Assembly: GCF_004010195.1 (NCBI RefSeq)
Contig: NC_057719.1
Location: 92,059,393-92,093,178 of the forward strand
DNA length: 33,786 bases
Direction of reading: 5' to 3'
DNA from: Chiloscyllium plagiosum
Taxonomy: Eukaryota
The position numbers were made by a program, and so were the translations under genes. Of the stretch, positions 32,301 through 33,786 are shown one piece after another. Within the stretch, counting starts at the first letter, position 1; the number at the start of each line of letters is the position of its first letter. The notes below the pieces were generated by a model. That model did no database searches and was not told the origin of the DNA. It saw only the letters and a list, made by a program, of their open reading frames with translations.

Positions 32301-32796
32301 GAAAAATGAGAAAACAGTACTCCATTTACAATCCTTCCACTCCGGCCCGTGCTGACACAAGGCTCTAGACTGCACAGGCCGAGTCTTTAGCCTAAACCTT
32401 GGGGCCTTGCCTCCAGTTTGCCAAGGGTCAAGCCTCATCACGACGGCTCCCAGTCCATTGCATGATACAGTGTCAAAGGCAGGCTGTTCTCTCTGGTCAA
32501 TATTTCTCCCTGAACCATTGTTGCTCCATTGCCTGACCACAGGGTCGCTGCGGTGTGGGGGTGATGTCAGCAAGCTGATGTTTGGAGCATTCGTCCCAGT
32601 TAAATCACCGTGGAGGGTATCGAGCAGAATGATAGCACAGGCTAGAGGGCCCGAATGGCCTCTGGCTTTTCCACTGGGAGCTGTTTTGGGATTTTCTTTT
32701 GGTCTATTGAAGATGGCATTGTTTTAACACATGGGAATAGTATGCCTTTTTCAAAGTTGGTGGAGGAGAGATTGAGGACCCAGCAGTGGATCTGCA

Positions 32797-32982
32797 GTAC
32801 ACAGGGGCTAGGAGGGGTGGTACACAGGGGCTAGGAGGGGTGGTACACAGGGGCTAGGAGGGATGGTACACAGGGGCTAGGAGGGATGGTACACAGGGGC
32901 TAGGAGGGGTGGTACACAGGGCTGGGAGGGATGGTACTTGTGGCTAGGAGGGAGGGTACACAGGGCCGGGAGGGATGGTACC
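32797..32982. repeat. 23-bp G-rich minisatellite, ~8 copies
   Basis: Unit GGTACACAGGGGCTAGGAGGGRT, decaying toward the right. Confidence 0.95.
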
Positions 32983-33129
32983 TTCAGGATGAAGCCAATG
33001 TGGGAGGGCAGGATTGGAAATGGACGTGACAGAGATCTCCAGAGCTGAGGTGGAGTCAGGGGAACCAGGAGATAAAGAACAACAGCTTGCATTTGTATAG
33101 CACCGTGAATGTTGGAAAAACACATATAC

Positions 33130-33540
33130 AAACAAGGAGCAAGAGTTGGCTCCTTGGCCCTTTGAACCAGCTCTCCTGTTCCATCAGATCATGATTTTAA
33201 CCTCAAGACTGCATTCTTGTATAATCCCGATAATCTATCTTCCCCTCATAAATCAAGTGTCTGTCTACCTCGGCCTTAAAATTTTTTTTTAAAGATTCTG
33301 CATCCACTTCCTTTTGAGGAAAGGAATTCCAAAGACTGTCAGGTCTCTGAGAGAAAGAATGTTTTCCCATCTCTCGTTTGAATTGGTGACCCCTTGTTAT
33401 TTTCAAACTCAACCACCCAGTTCTGCACATTCAGACACAAGAGGATGAATCTTTTCCACTGCAACCTCCCACCCCCCAGGCCCCGGTCAGGATCTTAAAC
33501 GTTTCAGTTCAGTCACTTCTGATTCTGTTAAACTGGAACA
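33130..33540 (-). mobile_element. Old CR1 3' fragment
   Basis: ITRGHQFK..FSQRPDSLWNSFPQKEVDAES. Confidence 0.8.
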
Positions 33541-33649
33541 TGTTTCACAAATGTCAAAAAGTGGAGCTATTGGGAAGTTTCTATTACTTCTCCTTTCACT
33601 GCTTTCTGGGTTACAGCATGCTGTGTGATAAAACGCCAGTCATTATTTC

Positions 33650-33657
33650 CCTGTGTC

Positions 33658-33689
<32 letters not shown>

Positions 33690-33786
33690 TGTGTGTGTGT
33701 GTGAGTGAGAGACAGAGAGAGAGTGTGTGTGTGAGAGAGAGAGTGTGTGAGTGAGAGAGAGAGAGAGTGAGGGAGGGAGTGTGAGT
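33650..33786. repeat. Compound (GT)n/(GA)n microsatellite
   Basis: Direct inspection. Confidence 0.95.

Noticed and set aside
32797..32982. CRISPR-like array (also the 1-5385 satellite)
   Set aside because: Head-to-tail tandem units without unique spacers, no cas genes, vertebrate context.

Overview
Eukaryotic, repeat-dominated DNA, most likely from a shark (elasmobranch). The evidence is many tRNA-headed SINEs of the HE1/V-SINE type with CR1-like tails, plus decayed CR1, L2, Rex1-like and Penelope-like (PLE) retroelements. I recognise no intact protein-coding gene; the recognisable ORFs in the track are retroelement fragments and the rest look like noise. Three things are not explained by the ORF track. 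(1) At least 12 minimal hammerhead-ribozyme motifs (CUGANGA-stem II-GAAA-palindromic mini stem III), from 3-4 sequence families, lie in Penelope terminal repeats. These repeats form insertions, several fold-back, with 9-20 bp target-site duplications (TSDs) and a reproducible ~35-37 nt one-sided tail. (2) A fossil Gypsy LTR retrotransposon (LTR end, tRNA-Ser PBS, gag, protease, RT) is scattered over ~14.2-19.4 kb and broken by later insertions. (3) A few unique-sequence islands carry regulatory-looking motif clusters or possible small exons. There are three assembly gaps (9469-9942, 21981-22480, 25127-25160), all in or next to PLE copies. Family names come from recalled motifs, not database searches, and most repeat boundaries are approximate.
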